From Octopus bimaculoides (lineage: Eukaryota), in assembly GCF_001194135.2 (NCBI RefSeq), contig NC_068988.1:53930124-53994123 (forward strand): 64,000 nt of DNA, written 5' to 3'. The position numbers were made by a program, and so were the translations under genes. Shown here piece after piece: positions 1 to 11,565 of the stretch (within the stretch, counting starts at the first letter, position 1; the number at the start of each line of letters is the position of its first letter). The notes below the pieces were generated by a model, which had not been told where the DNA came from, searched no databases, and worked only from the letters and a program-made list of their open reading frames with translations.

Positions 1-24
1 TAATAACAATAACAACAACAATAA

Positions 25-450
25 TAATAGTAATGATTTCAAAATTAGGCACAAGGCCAGCAGTTTCGGAGGTGGGAGTAAGTTGATTACATTGACCCCA
101 GTGCTCAATTTGTACGTATTTTATTGACCCGGAAAGGATAAAAAACAAATTTGACTGTAGTGAAATTTTAGCTGAGTGCTAGAAATGCCACTGGGCACTA
201 ATGATTCTACCAGCTCACTGCTTTAATAATGATAATAATCCTTTCTACTTAAAGCCACAAGGCCTGAAATTTTGGGCCAGGGTTGATTACATCGACTCTG
301 GTACTTGACTGGTACTTTGCCTTTTGTCCTTTCAGGGTCAATAAAATAAAGTCGACCTTGGGCAGAATTTGAACTCAGAATGTAAAGATGGATGAAATGT
401 CAACTAAGCGCTTTGTCCAGCATGCTGACAATTATGCCAGCCCACCACCT
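25..450 (-). mobile_element. Two adjacent copies of tRNA-derived SINE family A (central GCCTTTCATCCTTTCGGGGTCGATAAA domain, (TTA)n tail)
   Basis: Reverse complement of the element seen intact at 42245-42458; (TAA)n tails. Confidence 0.8.
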
Positions 451-776
451 TAATAATAATAATAATAATAGTAATAGTAACAACAACAACAATAATGATA
501 ATTTTTGATGCCCTTTGTATAAGTATTTGCTGATAAAAGTTTGACAGTTTTGAATGTTATGAAAAATTATGAATGAAAGAATTAAATATATATATTTATA
601 TAAATAAACATTTGTCTGATATTGTCAAAAGCAGTTTACTGAAAGCAACTGACTTTAGGTTTTTCCATCCAGATACAGTCCCATTTTCTTTATTTTATGC
701 CTTAGTCTTTTGTTTACCTCATTCTCTCTATATATCTAGCTGTCTCACTCATATAAACTTTAAAATCTATTTGAAG

Positions 777-896
777 GTGGAAGGCAATGAGATTTCAGCA
801 ATAGAGAACAAACATCAAGATAATGGCCAGAAGTTGGGAACAGAGAATGGCTTGGGAGAAGATGCTAGTAAACCTCAAGAAAAACATACAAACTGC
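777..896 (+). CDS. Probable hinge-region exon of the RAR-like nuclear receptor (VEGNEISAIENKHQDNGQKLGTENGLGEDASKPQEKHTNC); 5' boundary uncertain
   Basis: Open 120-nt stretch, more purine-rich than its flanks, ending at a consensus donor GTGAGT (897-902) in phase 0, which matches the phase-0 start of the 4453 exon. Acceptor AG at 775-776 has a weak pyrimidine tract; AG at 738-739 is an alternative. No recognisable family motif. Confidence 0.5.
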
Positions 897-3800
897 GTGA
901 GTTTGATAGTTAAAATTCCTATAACTAGGTTGTGCCACTCTTGTGTAATGATAAGATGTCTTTAGGTAGTTTTAAATCATTAGTATTCTGACCAAATTGG
1001 AGTGCTACAGTTGTACTGAAAATGAAAATGGTATGATTTGATGTCACTTTTTAAGGAGTGTTGTAATAAACAGAACATAATTTCCAATTATTTTTTATTA
1101 ATGAAGAACGAAATGGTTGGATAATATCCATAGTTTCAGTTGGTTACACTTAAGGATGGTTGCTTTTGGTAGGACACTGTGGAGGAAGTGCCTGAGGACT
1201 CTTTCCCCACAACCCTGCCATGAATAGTGGGCACAGAAAACAGATGGATGTATGGTCGGGACTTCTATCAGATGCATTTCTGAAGGAATAAACCCCAAAC
1301 AACTGAATTATAAGAAGAATTTTTGCTTATTTTGTGGGGGTTTTTTTTTTAGCATTAAAAGGAAATAATTTCATGAGACTCAAGAACATTGTGTCCTAGA
1401 TATGTAATAATACAGGGCTGAGATGCTGTTAGAGAATACACTATGTGAATGATTCCCTATTTGTAGCATTTAGAATTTGTTTAGTTCCAGGTGAACCCTG
1501 ATCAAGTGAAACTACAATCAAGGGTCTTTTTGTCATAACCAGCCTGCTTTTATTCAGACATGGTGCATCTAGGATGATGCTATTCAATATGTTCTTCCTT
1601 TTCTTTGAGATGTAATTTGAGGGAGATTTAGCTTCTGCTTATTGCAGATCAAGCAATCAAATATAAGCTTACAGCATTTAGTTATAGAAATGAAACTTAC
1701 CCCTGTAAACTAACTTTCATCCTGTTAGCCATGGAGAATTGGCTGGTTGACATGTATAAACTGGGCTTTTGAGAAATATACTTGTACTCAACTATAACAA
1801 GCCGTAGTTTCTATATCATTATCATCATTATTTAATCCTTTTCTTAACAACTCGCCTGATATTGCCTCTGGTTGTATGTTACAAGCTTCTTGTTTTAAAG
1901 TGAGCTAAATTAAAGCCTTACTTTAAAATTTTACGTTAATTTATGTTTCAAACATCAGCTTAATAATGTCAAAGTTGTTTTAATTACCTTCTTCATTATT
2001 TTCAAAATTAATAGAAACAAAAAGCAGTCTATTTCAACGGAAATATGGTAACAAAAGGGTTGCTGTCTATATTCCATGTTGGCATGAGTTGGTCAGTTTA
2101 ATAAGGTCCAATGGCCCCAAGGACTGCATCATACTCCAATGTCTGGTGTGCCATGGTTTTTACAGCTGAATGCCTTTTCTAATATCAGCTACTTTACAAC
2201 ATATGCAGCTGCTTTTCACAGACTGAATTCTAAGAAAGACTTCACAACTGGGTGGCACAAAATCAATCACATACTCACTTCAGAGTCATAGATATGTAAG
2301 AGTACATAGCCATTGCTCATTAACGCTGGCTGGTCTCATGCCACTGCTACTCAGGCATTATCATCTCCTCTTATCACTCACATTTTGTATACACAACCCT
2401 AGGCTGATACATTAATCAGTGTATCTATTCCTTCCCTCTTCAGGATATCACCCCTCTAGAATTTTCTCTCTCTCTCTTATTGACTTGCAACAGTGGAATG
2501 TTAATAGCATCACCCTCACCAGTTCTGGAGGGCCTGCAAAAGGCTATGGGCACAACCTTTTCCTCTAGACCAAACTAATGGGGAGAGAAAAAAAAATGGT
2601 ACTTAAGTGTATATGTACCATTGTGTAAAGACATTCAGTCTGTTAATTAGGAAAATTGTAATGCCTAAATCTAAAATTGTTTGAAGGTATTTGTGGACAA
2701 CAAAAATATTAGTTTTGTATTTTAATTATGAACAAGCATGAATAAATTATTTGTTTTTAATTAGTTTGGCAATAACATTTTCTTGAAGGAATATTTTTAG
2801 AAATGACAGTATGATTGGCACTCTGTTGGTTATGATGATGAGTGTCCCAATTGATCTGATTAAATGAACAGCCTGCTCATGAAATTAACATGCAAGTGGC
2901 TGAGTACTCCACAGACATGTACCCTTAACATAGTTCTGAGGGAGATTCAGAGTGACAGTGATAAAGCTGGCCCTTAGAATTACAAGTACAACTCCTTTTT
3001 GCCAGCTGAGTGGACTGGAACATCATGAAATAAAGAGTCTTGTTCAAGGACACAATGCACCACCAGGAATTGAATTCACAACCTTATGGTCATGAGCCAA
3101 ATACTCTATCCACTAATCCACTTGCCTTCAAGGGATATAAAAAATATAAATGTTATAATAGTGGAACTCGAAGTAGATAAACTACAATTAATAGTTTTAT
3201 CTTCTATCATTAAAATGATTTATTTAATTTCTCTTGAAGTTTCTAAAAAAATCTAAAATTTTTATAATGTAAACAACATACAATTCTCACTGGTATGAAC
3301 AAAGTTTCTAAAATGAATAGAGAAAATTCCAAGGTTTGCTTCGGTATAATGGTAGCACTTCTGTCATGTACTCATAAGATATAAGTTCAAGTCCTACAAG
3401 TAGCCTTCAGTTTTTTTCTGTTAAAGGGTTTTTTGAATCTAGTATTCTACATGCTATTATTTATAAACTTTATCTACTTCAAGTTCTATCATTAAAATGA
3501 TCTATTTCACTTTTGTGTATTTAAAAAAAATGTTTTCAATGTTGGCTGCCTGTTTGAACCTTCAGGAATTATAATCTTTTCTGTTGAATCTAATTGCTTA
3601 GATCTTCTAGAAACTGTTAAATTCCTTCTTTCTTGTTTAGAACTATTAGTTTAACTTAATTTCATTTTTAAAAATGAGGAAATATATTTACAAATTTTGT
3701 GAGGAAAAATTTTTTTTTAAGTCTCAAGAAAAGAAAAAAAAAAAAAAGATATAATGTTTGTAGCTGAAAGACCTATTGAAAAATGGATGAAAGAGTTGTT

Positions 3801-4182
3801 TAGCATCAGTGTACCCTAATCAAGTAGATCTGTCAATAAAATATTCCAGATGTGACCATTCCAATTTTTATTTACAGGCTATCTAGAGGTATGTTTTCTA
3901 GTATGTTCATTTTTTTAAGATGTTAGAATGTGATGTGAGATGGAATTTAGAGCTCCACTTGTCGGTTTCCTTGAATCTATTTTAAACATTCAACCCCTTA
4001 GCATCACATAATTCTCTCAAATGTAATGCTTATTCATTCACATTGTAACTTTGAGATTTTGATGAGGTAACTTGATTTTTAGAATAACATAGTAGGGTTG
4101 GTGTAAGAGGCTGAATATAAAACAGAATATTTTGGCCAGATATGGTTGGTTTAAATGCTAAATTAAATATCTTTATTGGCAT

Positions 4183-4388
4183 TTAACCCTTTTGATACCA
4201 ACCTGCATGAGACTGCCCCTGATTCTATGTTACAAACTTCTTATTTTAAAGTGATCTAAATTAAAACCTTCCAGTAAAATCTCATGTTAATTTATGTTCC
4301 AAGCATCAGCTTAATAATGACAGTTATTTTACCAAATTCTCCATTATCAAAATGTGTTTTAACAGGAACATGGTAACAAAACAATTAA
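4183..4388. mobile_element. piggyBac-like MITE; a related copy lies near 1845-2062, and a second TTAA-CCCT family near 3992-4165 and 10639-10854
   Basis: Begins TTAA-CCCTTTTGATACCA and ends TGGTAACAAAACAA-TTAA. The internal sequence is shared with 1845-2062, which ends TGGTAACAAAAGGGTT. Confidence 0.55.
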
Positions 4389-4452
4389 AGCATGCAAACC
4401 CAACATGCAACTTCTTATCTTAAAGTGTATGTCTATTCATTTCTCTTTTTAG

Positions 4453-4605
4453 AAACTTTTCAATAATAAAGTGGAAAGTATAATAGATTTTTCCAATGAA
4501 GCAGCTTTGAAGATTATTGAGTTCTCCAAGAGAGTACCAGGATTCAAAGATTTAAACATCAAAGATCGTGTCACTCTTACCAAATCTGCTTGCCTAGAAA
4601 TAATG
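4453..4605 (+). CDS. RAR: Nuclear receptor LBD exon, helices 3-5 (KLFNNKVESIIDFSNEAALKIIEFSKRVPGFKDLNIKDRVTLTKSACLEIM), RAR-like
   Basis: Acceptor tttctctttttAG (4451-52) and donor GTAAT (4606); 153 nt, phase 0-0. Contains the nuclear receptor signature EFSKRVPGFxxLxxxDxxxLxK (RAR: [29 protein letters not shown]). Confidence 0.93.
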
Positions 4606-5452
4606 GTAATTATTTTCATTGTTATTATTATTGTTTTTGTTGTTATTAAATTGGTATTTGCTTTGTGTCTAAAAAAAAGTTTCTCACTTTTTCTGTTGTC
4701 ATTGTTTTTCTCTAAAAGGTATCCCATCATTTTATTCATTTTTTATTTTTGTTCATTTTGTTGAAAAACTAATATGTATTATTGGGGTACAGTATGCCTT
4801 TTGAGGAAGTGAACCAATAGGTTTAACAGAAGTTGTGCACAGTTTAAAGTCATTAGCTATGTGAGCCACAGATTAATGACCTGTGCATTCAACATTGTCA
4901 AAACCAATAGTTAACTGGCATTGAAAATATCTTACATGATTAAAAACAAATTTCAGCAACGGGATTAGCAAACTAGTTAGGTAGAAATTGAGATGGATCA
5001 CTCTCTACAAATGGCAGGTGTTTTCTTTTGTCTCCAACCATTAACACATTGGGTCGTAGAATGAGCAGTGATTGCACGCCAAAAAGCCTGTCAGTCGCTT
5101 TTGCTGAACTGCTAAGTTACAGGGATTTAAACAAACCAACACCAGTTGTCAAGTGACAACACACACAAACCACAAACACACACACACACATGTATATGAT
5201 GGGCTTCTTTCAGTGTCCATCTACCAAATCCACTCACAAGACTATAGTAGAAGTCAACCTAAGGTTATGGAAGAAAATACTCACCTAAAGTGCCACACAG
5301 TGGGACTGAACGTGGAACCATGTAGTTGGGAAGCAAGCTTCTTACCATACAGCCACGCCTGCAACTCATACAGACTTTTTCCCTATCATTTTGTTATTTT
5401 TGCTTATTTGTGCCAATGTGATTTTTAAATGAAGTTTGCATTTATTTTCCAG

Positions 5453-5657
5453 TATTTACGTATGTCACATCGATACGATGCGGACCGAGACGTGATAGCT
5501 TTTGAAGGCGATGATTATCTAACTAGAGAGGATTTCAATGAAATGGGGTTCAGTACAATCACTAATAGCATCTTCAAATTTGCTGCAGATTTTAAAGATT
5601 TAGGTCTTGATGACAGAGAGCTGGCCACATTGACATATGTGGTTTTGGTCAGTGGTG
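5453..5657 (+). CDS. RAR: Nuclear receptor LBD exon, helices 5-8 (YLRMSHRYDADRDVIAF...LDDRELATLTYVVLVSG), RAR-like
   Basis: Acceptor tttattttccAG (5451-52) and donor GTAAG (5658); 205 nt, phase 0-1. Aligns without gaps to RAR ILRICTRY...MDDAETGLLSAICLICG. Confidence 0.94.
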
Positions 5658-5684
5658 GTAAGTGCTCTTCTATTATGTGTCAGT

Positions 5685-5742
<58 letters not shown>

Positions 5743-7726
5743 GTCTCTCTCTCTCTCTCTCTCTCCATTTAGTTAAACAGTAGAACTACCTTAACTTGTA
5801 CGAATATTGTACCTTTTTGTGTGTGCCGGGGGTGGGGGCTGTTTATGTGGTGGAAAGTTGAAAGCTACTGGATATTGGCCAACGGAAGAGTTGTCTACAC
5901 TTGTATATTATGTGAGTTCTTTTTTAAATGCTTTGTTAGAAAAGGAGCAAGCATTTCTATGATCCTTTTGAGGGTCTCTGAGATTGGTGAGAAAATAGGA
6001 AGTTTTCTTTAGACCAGAGGCTTGACTCAAATGAATAGACTTTGCTAAAGATATCCAAGGGCCAGGTGTTGGTGTTATACTGGGCAATGGATGAAATTCA
6101 TATGATTAGTCTCTAGAGTGTTTATGTCACAGAATTCTGTTATATAGAAATATACTATTTCTCTGGTCTGTTTGGCTAGGAAAAGAAAATAGTGGTAGGA
6201 TTAATTATTGTTATAAATATTCTTGGATAATCAGTGAAGCGTGAGAATGGTGACAGTTTGAGTGAGCAAGGGCCAGTCCAGATAATGATGCAAAGTGAAT
6301 AATATTTGGGTTCTGTGGTAGAATCATGGCAGTTATCATCCTTGTAAACAGACTCAATTGTTCAAGAATTGTGTTGAGCTCTAAGGTTTGAGTTCAACAC
6401 TAAAGTCAGTGAAACACATTTATTATACAGTGCTCCATCTACTTTGAGTGGTAAACTTTTCTAGCATATGGTGATTATTTACGTAGAAGTTGACAGGTTT
6501 ATTGGTGCTTTTAACTGTTTTTTGGCCATGAACACAGCTCACTATCAGTGGGAGACAATTCTGGCCAGCAAACTGCATCCAACCAACTTGACTGCTTGTG
6601 ATTCTCATTAACTAGTTAGTATACAACTTATATACAATATGTAATCTATTCTGGCCTTGAAGAATGATGACTAGTCAAATAGTGAGTGATGATTATGAAG
6701 ATGGTGACAACAGCTGCAAACTGAATGCCTGTTGAGATTAACTTTACCTTATATTTCTACTGGTTTGGTAAAATATGCCAGGCATTTGTGTAGAGGTCCA
6801 TTCAAGTGACAATATTTTTCTTTTATAAAGTTTTAGCAAAGTTAAAAAAAAAAATCCGCATTAAGATCGCCATTATTATCATTGTTATAAATTTGCTGAT
6901 TAATTGACCCTTCTGGGGCCAATAAAATAAGTACCAGCTGAGCACTGGAGTTGATGTTATTGATGTGCTCCTTCCCCTGAAATTGCTGGCCTTGTGCCAA
7001 AATTTAAAATCATTATTATTCAGACAGTGATGTAGCAAAATTGTTAGACAAAATGCTTTGATTTAGTCACATTACATTATATTTTGAGTTAAAATCCTAA
7101 CAAGGCTGACTTTCATCTGTCTAGGTATAATCTAAATAAGTACTAGTGATGTACTGGGAGTCACACTCCCATAAAACTTGTGGCCTTGTACCTATCTTAG
7201 AAAGTGTTAATACTGGTTTCAAATTTTTATACAATGCCAGTAAGTTTTGGGGGAGGTGATAAGTTGATTGCATTGACCCCAGTACTTGACTGGTACTTAT
7301 TTTAACAACCCCAAAAGGATAAAAGATTAAGTCGACCTTGGTGGAATTTGAACTCAGAATGTAAAGGCAGATGAAATGCCTCTTAGCATTTCACCTGGTG
7401 GGCTTGCTAATGATTCTGCCAGCTCACTGCCCTAGAAATTATTTATATTAACATTTAAAAATTAGTAGCATGCTAAACCTTATAACATTTAGTTTTGGTT
7501 CCCCTGCATTTGGACTTCAAATTCTGCAAAGGTTGATTTTGCTTTTCACCCCTTCAAAGTTCGCCCTAGTGGAATTTGAACTGAAAGAATGTAAAGTAAT
7601 GTAACTAAATACAACATGGCTCTTTGTTCACCACTCTACTGCTTTTAACCATTCAGTACTGATTATAGCTACTATTATTTATTTCTATAATTATATTTAT
7701 AACTAATATTATTGTTGTCGTTTTAG

Positions 7727-7885
7727 ATCGCTGTGATTTGAATGAACCAGAACGTGTAGAAGAGTTGCAAGGTCCATTGCTTGATTTGTTGAGGAAATAT
7801 TCACGTTTAAATCATGAGCATGATCCTAATGTCTTTCCAAAAACCCTTTTGAAATTAACTTCACTTCGATCATTGAGTTTGCAGA
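7727..7885 (+). CDS. RAR: Nuclear receptor LBD exon, helices 9-10/11 (DRCDLNEPERVEELQGPLLDLL...PNVFPKTLLKLTSLRSLSLQ), RAR-like
   Basis: Acceptor gtcgttttAG (7725-26) and donor GTAAG (7886); 159 nt, phase 1-1. Matches RAR DRQDLEQPDRVDMLQEPLL...PHMFPKMLMKITDLRSIS. Confidence 0.94.
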
Positions 7886-8664
7886 GTAAGTTACTCTCTT
7901 TCTATATATCTTTTTTTATTTTTGTTGTTGTTTTTCTTTTTATACATATCTCTCCATTTTCGTGGCTTTGCAGCTTCTATTTTCACATTCAGTTATTTAT
8001 TTATCCTCTTCTATAATCTTCCTCATCATTGGATTACTTCATGAATGAGTCCTTAAATTGAATATAAGAGTAATAATGATATATAATAAAGCTGCTGACT
8101 GTATTATGAGCAGTTCATAATTGTACTACTCTTTATGAACAACAAAATTTTCCTTCCAATTACAAAACTCTGAACTGAATGAACCAGAGCATTTTCCCCA
8201 CATGAGACTATTTCCTTCAGAAAGCTGCTACTACTACCTAAACCTCTTCAGGCCATGTCCAACTGAAGCCCACCTAACAGATTGGCAAAATCCTACTAAC
8301 CTACTGACTACAGCACAACCACTCATTCACACAGTGTTCTTTCTTTTCTCTCTCTCTTTTTCTCTGTCATCACTTCTACTTTAGACTCTGTTCCTTTGAA
8401 CTAAGTATATACTCACTCAACCCTCTCCCTTCCTCCTGTCATCCCTGTTTAGACCCATGATCATTTTGATAGCCTTTCTAAGCTACCAGCTAAAGCAGTG
8501 TACTGGAGTTTATCATACACAACGACAGACATCGATTAGTATTTGTCTCCCCCACCCTGAAAGCGGGGCAACTGCCCAGTGATTTCATACTCTTTAGCAT
8601 TCAAATTACTTTATCAAGTATAATGCTGACTTACTCATATTGTTTTGAGTTAATCATTCACTAT

Positions 8665-9065
8665 AGGCGCAGGAGTGGCTGTGTGGTAAGTAGCTTGCTT
8701 ACCAACCACATGGTTCCGGGTTCAGTTCCACTGTGTGGCACCGTGGGCAAGTGTCTTCCACTATAGCTTCGGGCTGACCAAAGCCTTGTGAGTGGATGTA
8801 GTAGATGGAAGCTGAAAGAAGCCCATCGTATATATGTATGCGTGTATATATGTTTGTGTCTGTGTTTGTCCCCCTAACATCGCTTGACAACTAATGCTGG
8901 TGTGTTTATGTCCCCGTAACATAGCAGTTCGGGAAAAAGAGACTGATATAATAAGTACTAGGCTTACAAAGAATAAGTCCTAAGGTCGATTTGCTTGACT
9001 AAAGGTGGTGCTCCAGCATGGCCGCAGTCAAATGACTGAAACAAGTAAAAGAGAGAGTAAAGAGT
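8665..9065 (+). mobile_element. tRNA-derived SINE family B with internal (TA/TG)n microsatellite
   Basis: Head GGAGTGGCTGTGTGGTAAG...GGTTCAGTTCCACTG, tail CAAGTAAAAGAG. Near-identical copies at 30528-30960 (+) and 40680-41095 (-). Confidence 0.85.
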
Positions 9066-9074
9066 ATCTCTTGG

Positions 9075-9460
9075 CTTTACGATCACTAACTATGGAGAGG
9101 ATCTGTGGAAGAGGTAGACCTAGGAAGACATGGGACAAGATGGTGAAGCATGATCTCTGAAAGTGGGGCCTCATGGAGGCGATGTCAAATGATTGTAACC
9201 TTTGGCGATTTGCTGTGCTTGAGAAGGCTTGTCAAGCCAAGTGAAATCGTAGTTGTGGCCAGTGCTGGTGACATGATATGCCATCCATACCACTGACACA
9301 TAAAAGGCACCCTCTACACTCTTGGAGTGGTTGGTGCTAGGAAGGGCATCTAACTATAAAACCCAAGCTAAATTAAGACTGGAACCTGGTGTAACTCTGG
9401 TTTACTAGTTCCAGTCAAGCTGTCTAACCCATGCCAGCATGGAAAGCAGGTGTTAAATTA
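9075..9460 (+). mobile_element. 3' fragment of an RTE-clade LINE (ORF C-terminus GRGRPRKTWD...KHD plus 3' tail)
   Basis: GGAAGAGGTAGACCTAGGAAGACATGGGAC encodes GRGRPRKTWD; it is followed by the tail shared with 11095-11468. Confidence 0.75.
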
Positions 9461-10018
9461 TGATGATGTGTAATTTTAGAATGATATTGTAGGATACATG
9501 TGAGAGGCCAGATCTGTCTGATCTGAACACAAGAAAGAGTATTTGGGTCAGATATGGCTGATTTAAATGCTAAAGGGTTAAGACACCATTGCTTAGATCC
9601 CATGTTAAGCACTTCATATCCCCTACCCACCACACACACATCTCTTTTTGTAGCAGACACTGATATTTTAGCTGAATATCAACCACATCAACATCAGCCA
9701 TTTTTTGGTAGGTCTGCAATGGTTCTGATCGATAATGATTGGCTAAAATCCTCGACAGCATTGTTCCAGCATGGCCACAGTTCTGTAAATGACACCGGTA
9801 ACAATTTGATATGTAAATGTGTTTGCTGCTGAAGGAATAAGTATGTTGAAATGGTGTGCTATATTGAGTATGTTCTGAGTTCAAATACCACCAGGGTCGA
9901 CTTTGGTTTTCATCCTTTCAGGGTCGATGAAATAAGTACCAGTTGAGCACTGGGGTTGATTTAATCAACTTGGCACCTTCTCCAAAACTGCTGGCCTTGT
10001 GCCAAAATTTGAAGCCTA

Positions 10019-10260
10019 TTGGGTTGGTGCATAATTATTGCGGCTTTTTTTTTCAATAAATTTTATTCAACAAAAGCAATAACAACATATAACAAAAACA
10101 TCTTTAAATGATTATTCCAGATCATATTCACCATCTACTTCAATTACTGCTTCCCATTTGCTTGGCAGATGGTCAGACCGTCATTTAAAATTGTTTTTGT
10201 TAAATATTGTTATTGTTTTTGTTGAAAAAAAAACAAAACATGAATTATGCACCAACCCAA
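10019..10260. mobile_element. Mariner-derived MITE (242 bp)
   Basis: Perfect 18-bp TIRs TTGGGTTGGTGCATAATT/AATTATGCACCAACCCAA flanked by TA (10017-18, 10261-62). An internal minus-strand fragment LPSKWEAVIEVDGEY resembles a mariner transposase C-terminus. Confidence 0.88.
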
Positions 10261-11094
10261 TATTTTAGGAATAAAGACTGTGTTGAGACAAAGCAACAAA
10301 TGTGTGTGTGTGTAGGTGCAAGCATGGCTCTGCAGTGGAGAAGTTTGCTTCTCAACCTCATGGATTCACATTTAGTCACACTACATGAGCAAGTGGGTTA
10401 GAGCATTGTAAAGAGAAATAAAAAACAAAAAAACAAAAGCTGTGAGTTGCATGAGGTAAACATGTACAAACATTGCTGTAACTATATATATGCATGCAGC
10501 TTACAGAATTTAGTTTCATTCTTACAATGTCGATTGTTCATATCTGTACGTAGTCATAAAGTGTTTTTTAAGTCTACTGCTTTTTACTTAACTCATTCAA
10601 AATTATGACCTTGTGCCAATATAAGAAACTAGTGTTAGTAACCCTTTGGCATTCAGATTATTCTGCCAAATGTAAAGCTTGTTTATTCACATTACTCAGG
10701 CTTTATCTTGTCGCTTTCAGATTTCAGTGACTTGACTGTTTATTTTCAGGATGTCATAGTTGGGTAGGTGTGATAGGCCAAATCTGACCAGTTTGAACAT
10801 AAAACAGGACAATTATGTTGGTTGAATATGGCTGGTTAAATGCTAAAGGTCTAATGTTAGGCTTTGTCAAATCTACCCAGGACTGCATAGCAATAACTTC
10901 TCTTGTTGTTACTGCAAAAATGTTTACCAACATTTCTTATGGCTTTATGTTCTGAGTTCAAATGTTACCATGGTCAGCTTTGCCTGTCATCCTTTCAAAG
11001 GTCGATAATATAAGTATCTGTAATGTAATTGATTTACCCCTTCCCCTAAAATTGCTAGCTGTATGCCATAATTTGAAGCCATTATTATTACTGT

Positions 11095-11468
11095 TACAAA
11101 ACTTGGCTTGCGAAGACTTGTTGGGGCAAGCGAAAACAAAATCGTGATGGTATGTGTAAAGACTTTTGAGCGAGATCGTTGCCAGTGCCGCTGGACTGGC
11201 TCTCGTGCAGGTGGCACATAAAATACACCATTTTGAGCATGGCCGTTGCCAGTACCACCTGACTGACCTTCGTGCCGGTGGCACGTAAAAGCACCCACTA
11301 CACTCTCGGAGTGGTTGGCGTTAGAAAGGGCATCCAGCTGTAGAAACTTTGCCAAATCAGATTGGAGCTTGGTGTCGCCTCCTGGTCCACCAGTCCTCAG
11401 TCAAATCGTCCAACCCATGCTAGCATGGAAAGCAAACGTTAAACGATGATGATGGTGATGATGATGAT
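11095..11468 (+). mobile_element. RTE LINE 3' tail repeat ending in (GAT)n; further copies at 13392-13580 +, 16500-16800 +, 26575-26770 -, 43120-43300 +, 46028-46640 -, 53215-53420 -, 53580-53910 +
   Basis: Shared sequence GTGGCACGTAAAAGCACCCACTACACTCTC...CATGCTAGCATGGAAAGC..ACGTTAAACGATGATGATG in all copies. Confidence 0.85.
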
Positions 11469-11565
11469 TAGTAATTATAAATGTAAAAGGTTATTGATTT
11501 ATAGATTCCTGATCTGACATACGCTTTTCTCTATTATATCTTATGTGCTTTTGTTTTCATTGCAG

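Noticed and set aside
8699-8890. Recurrent ORFs with IYDGLLSVSVYQIHSQG (also 5153, 30481, 40870)
   Set aside because: Chance frames of SINE family B copies, not a gene family.
10987-11355. Recurrent ORFs FLQLDALSNANHSESVVGAFTC (also 33694, 53486)
   Set aside because: Antisense frame of the RTE 3' tail repeat.
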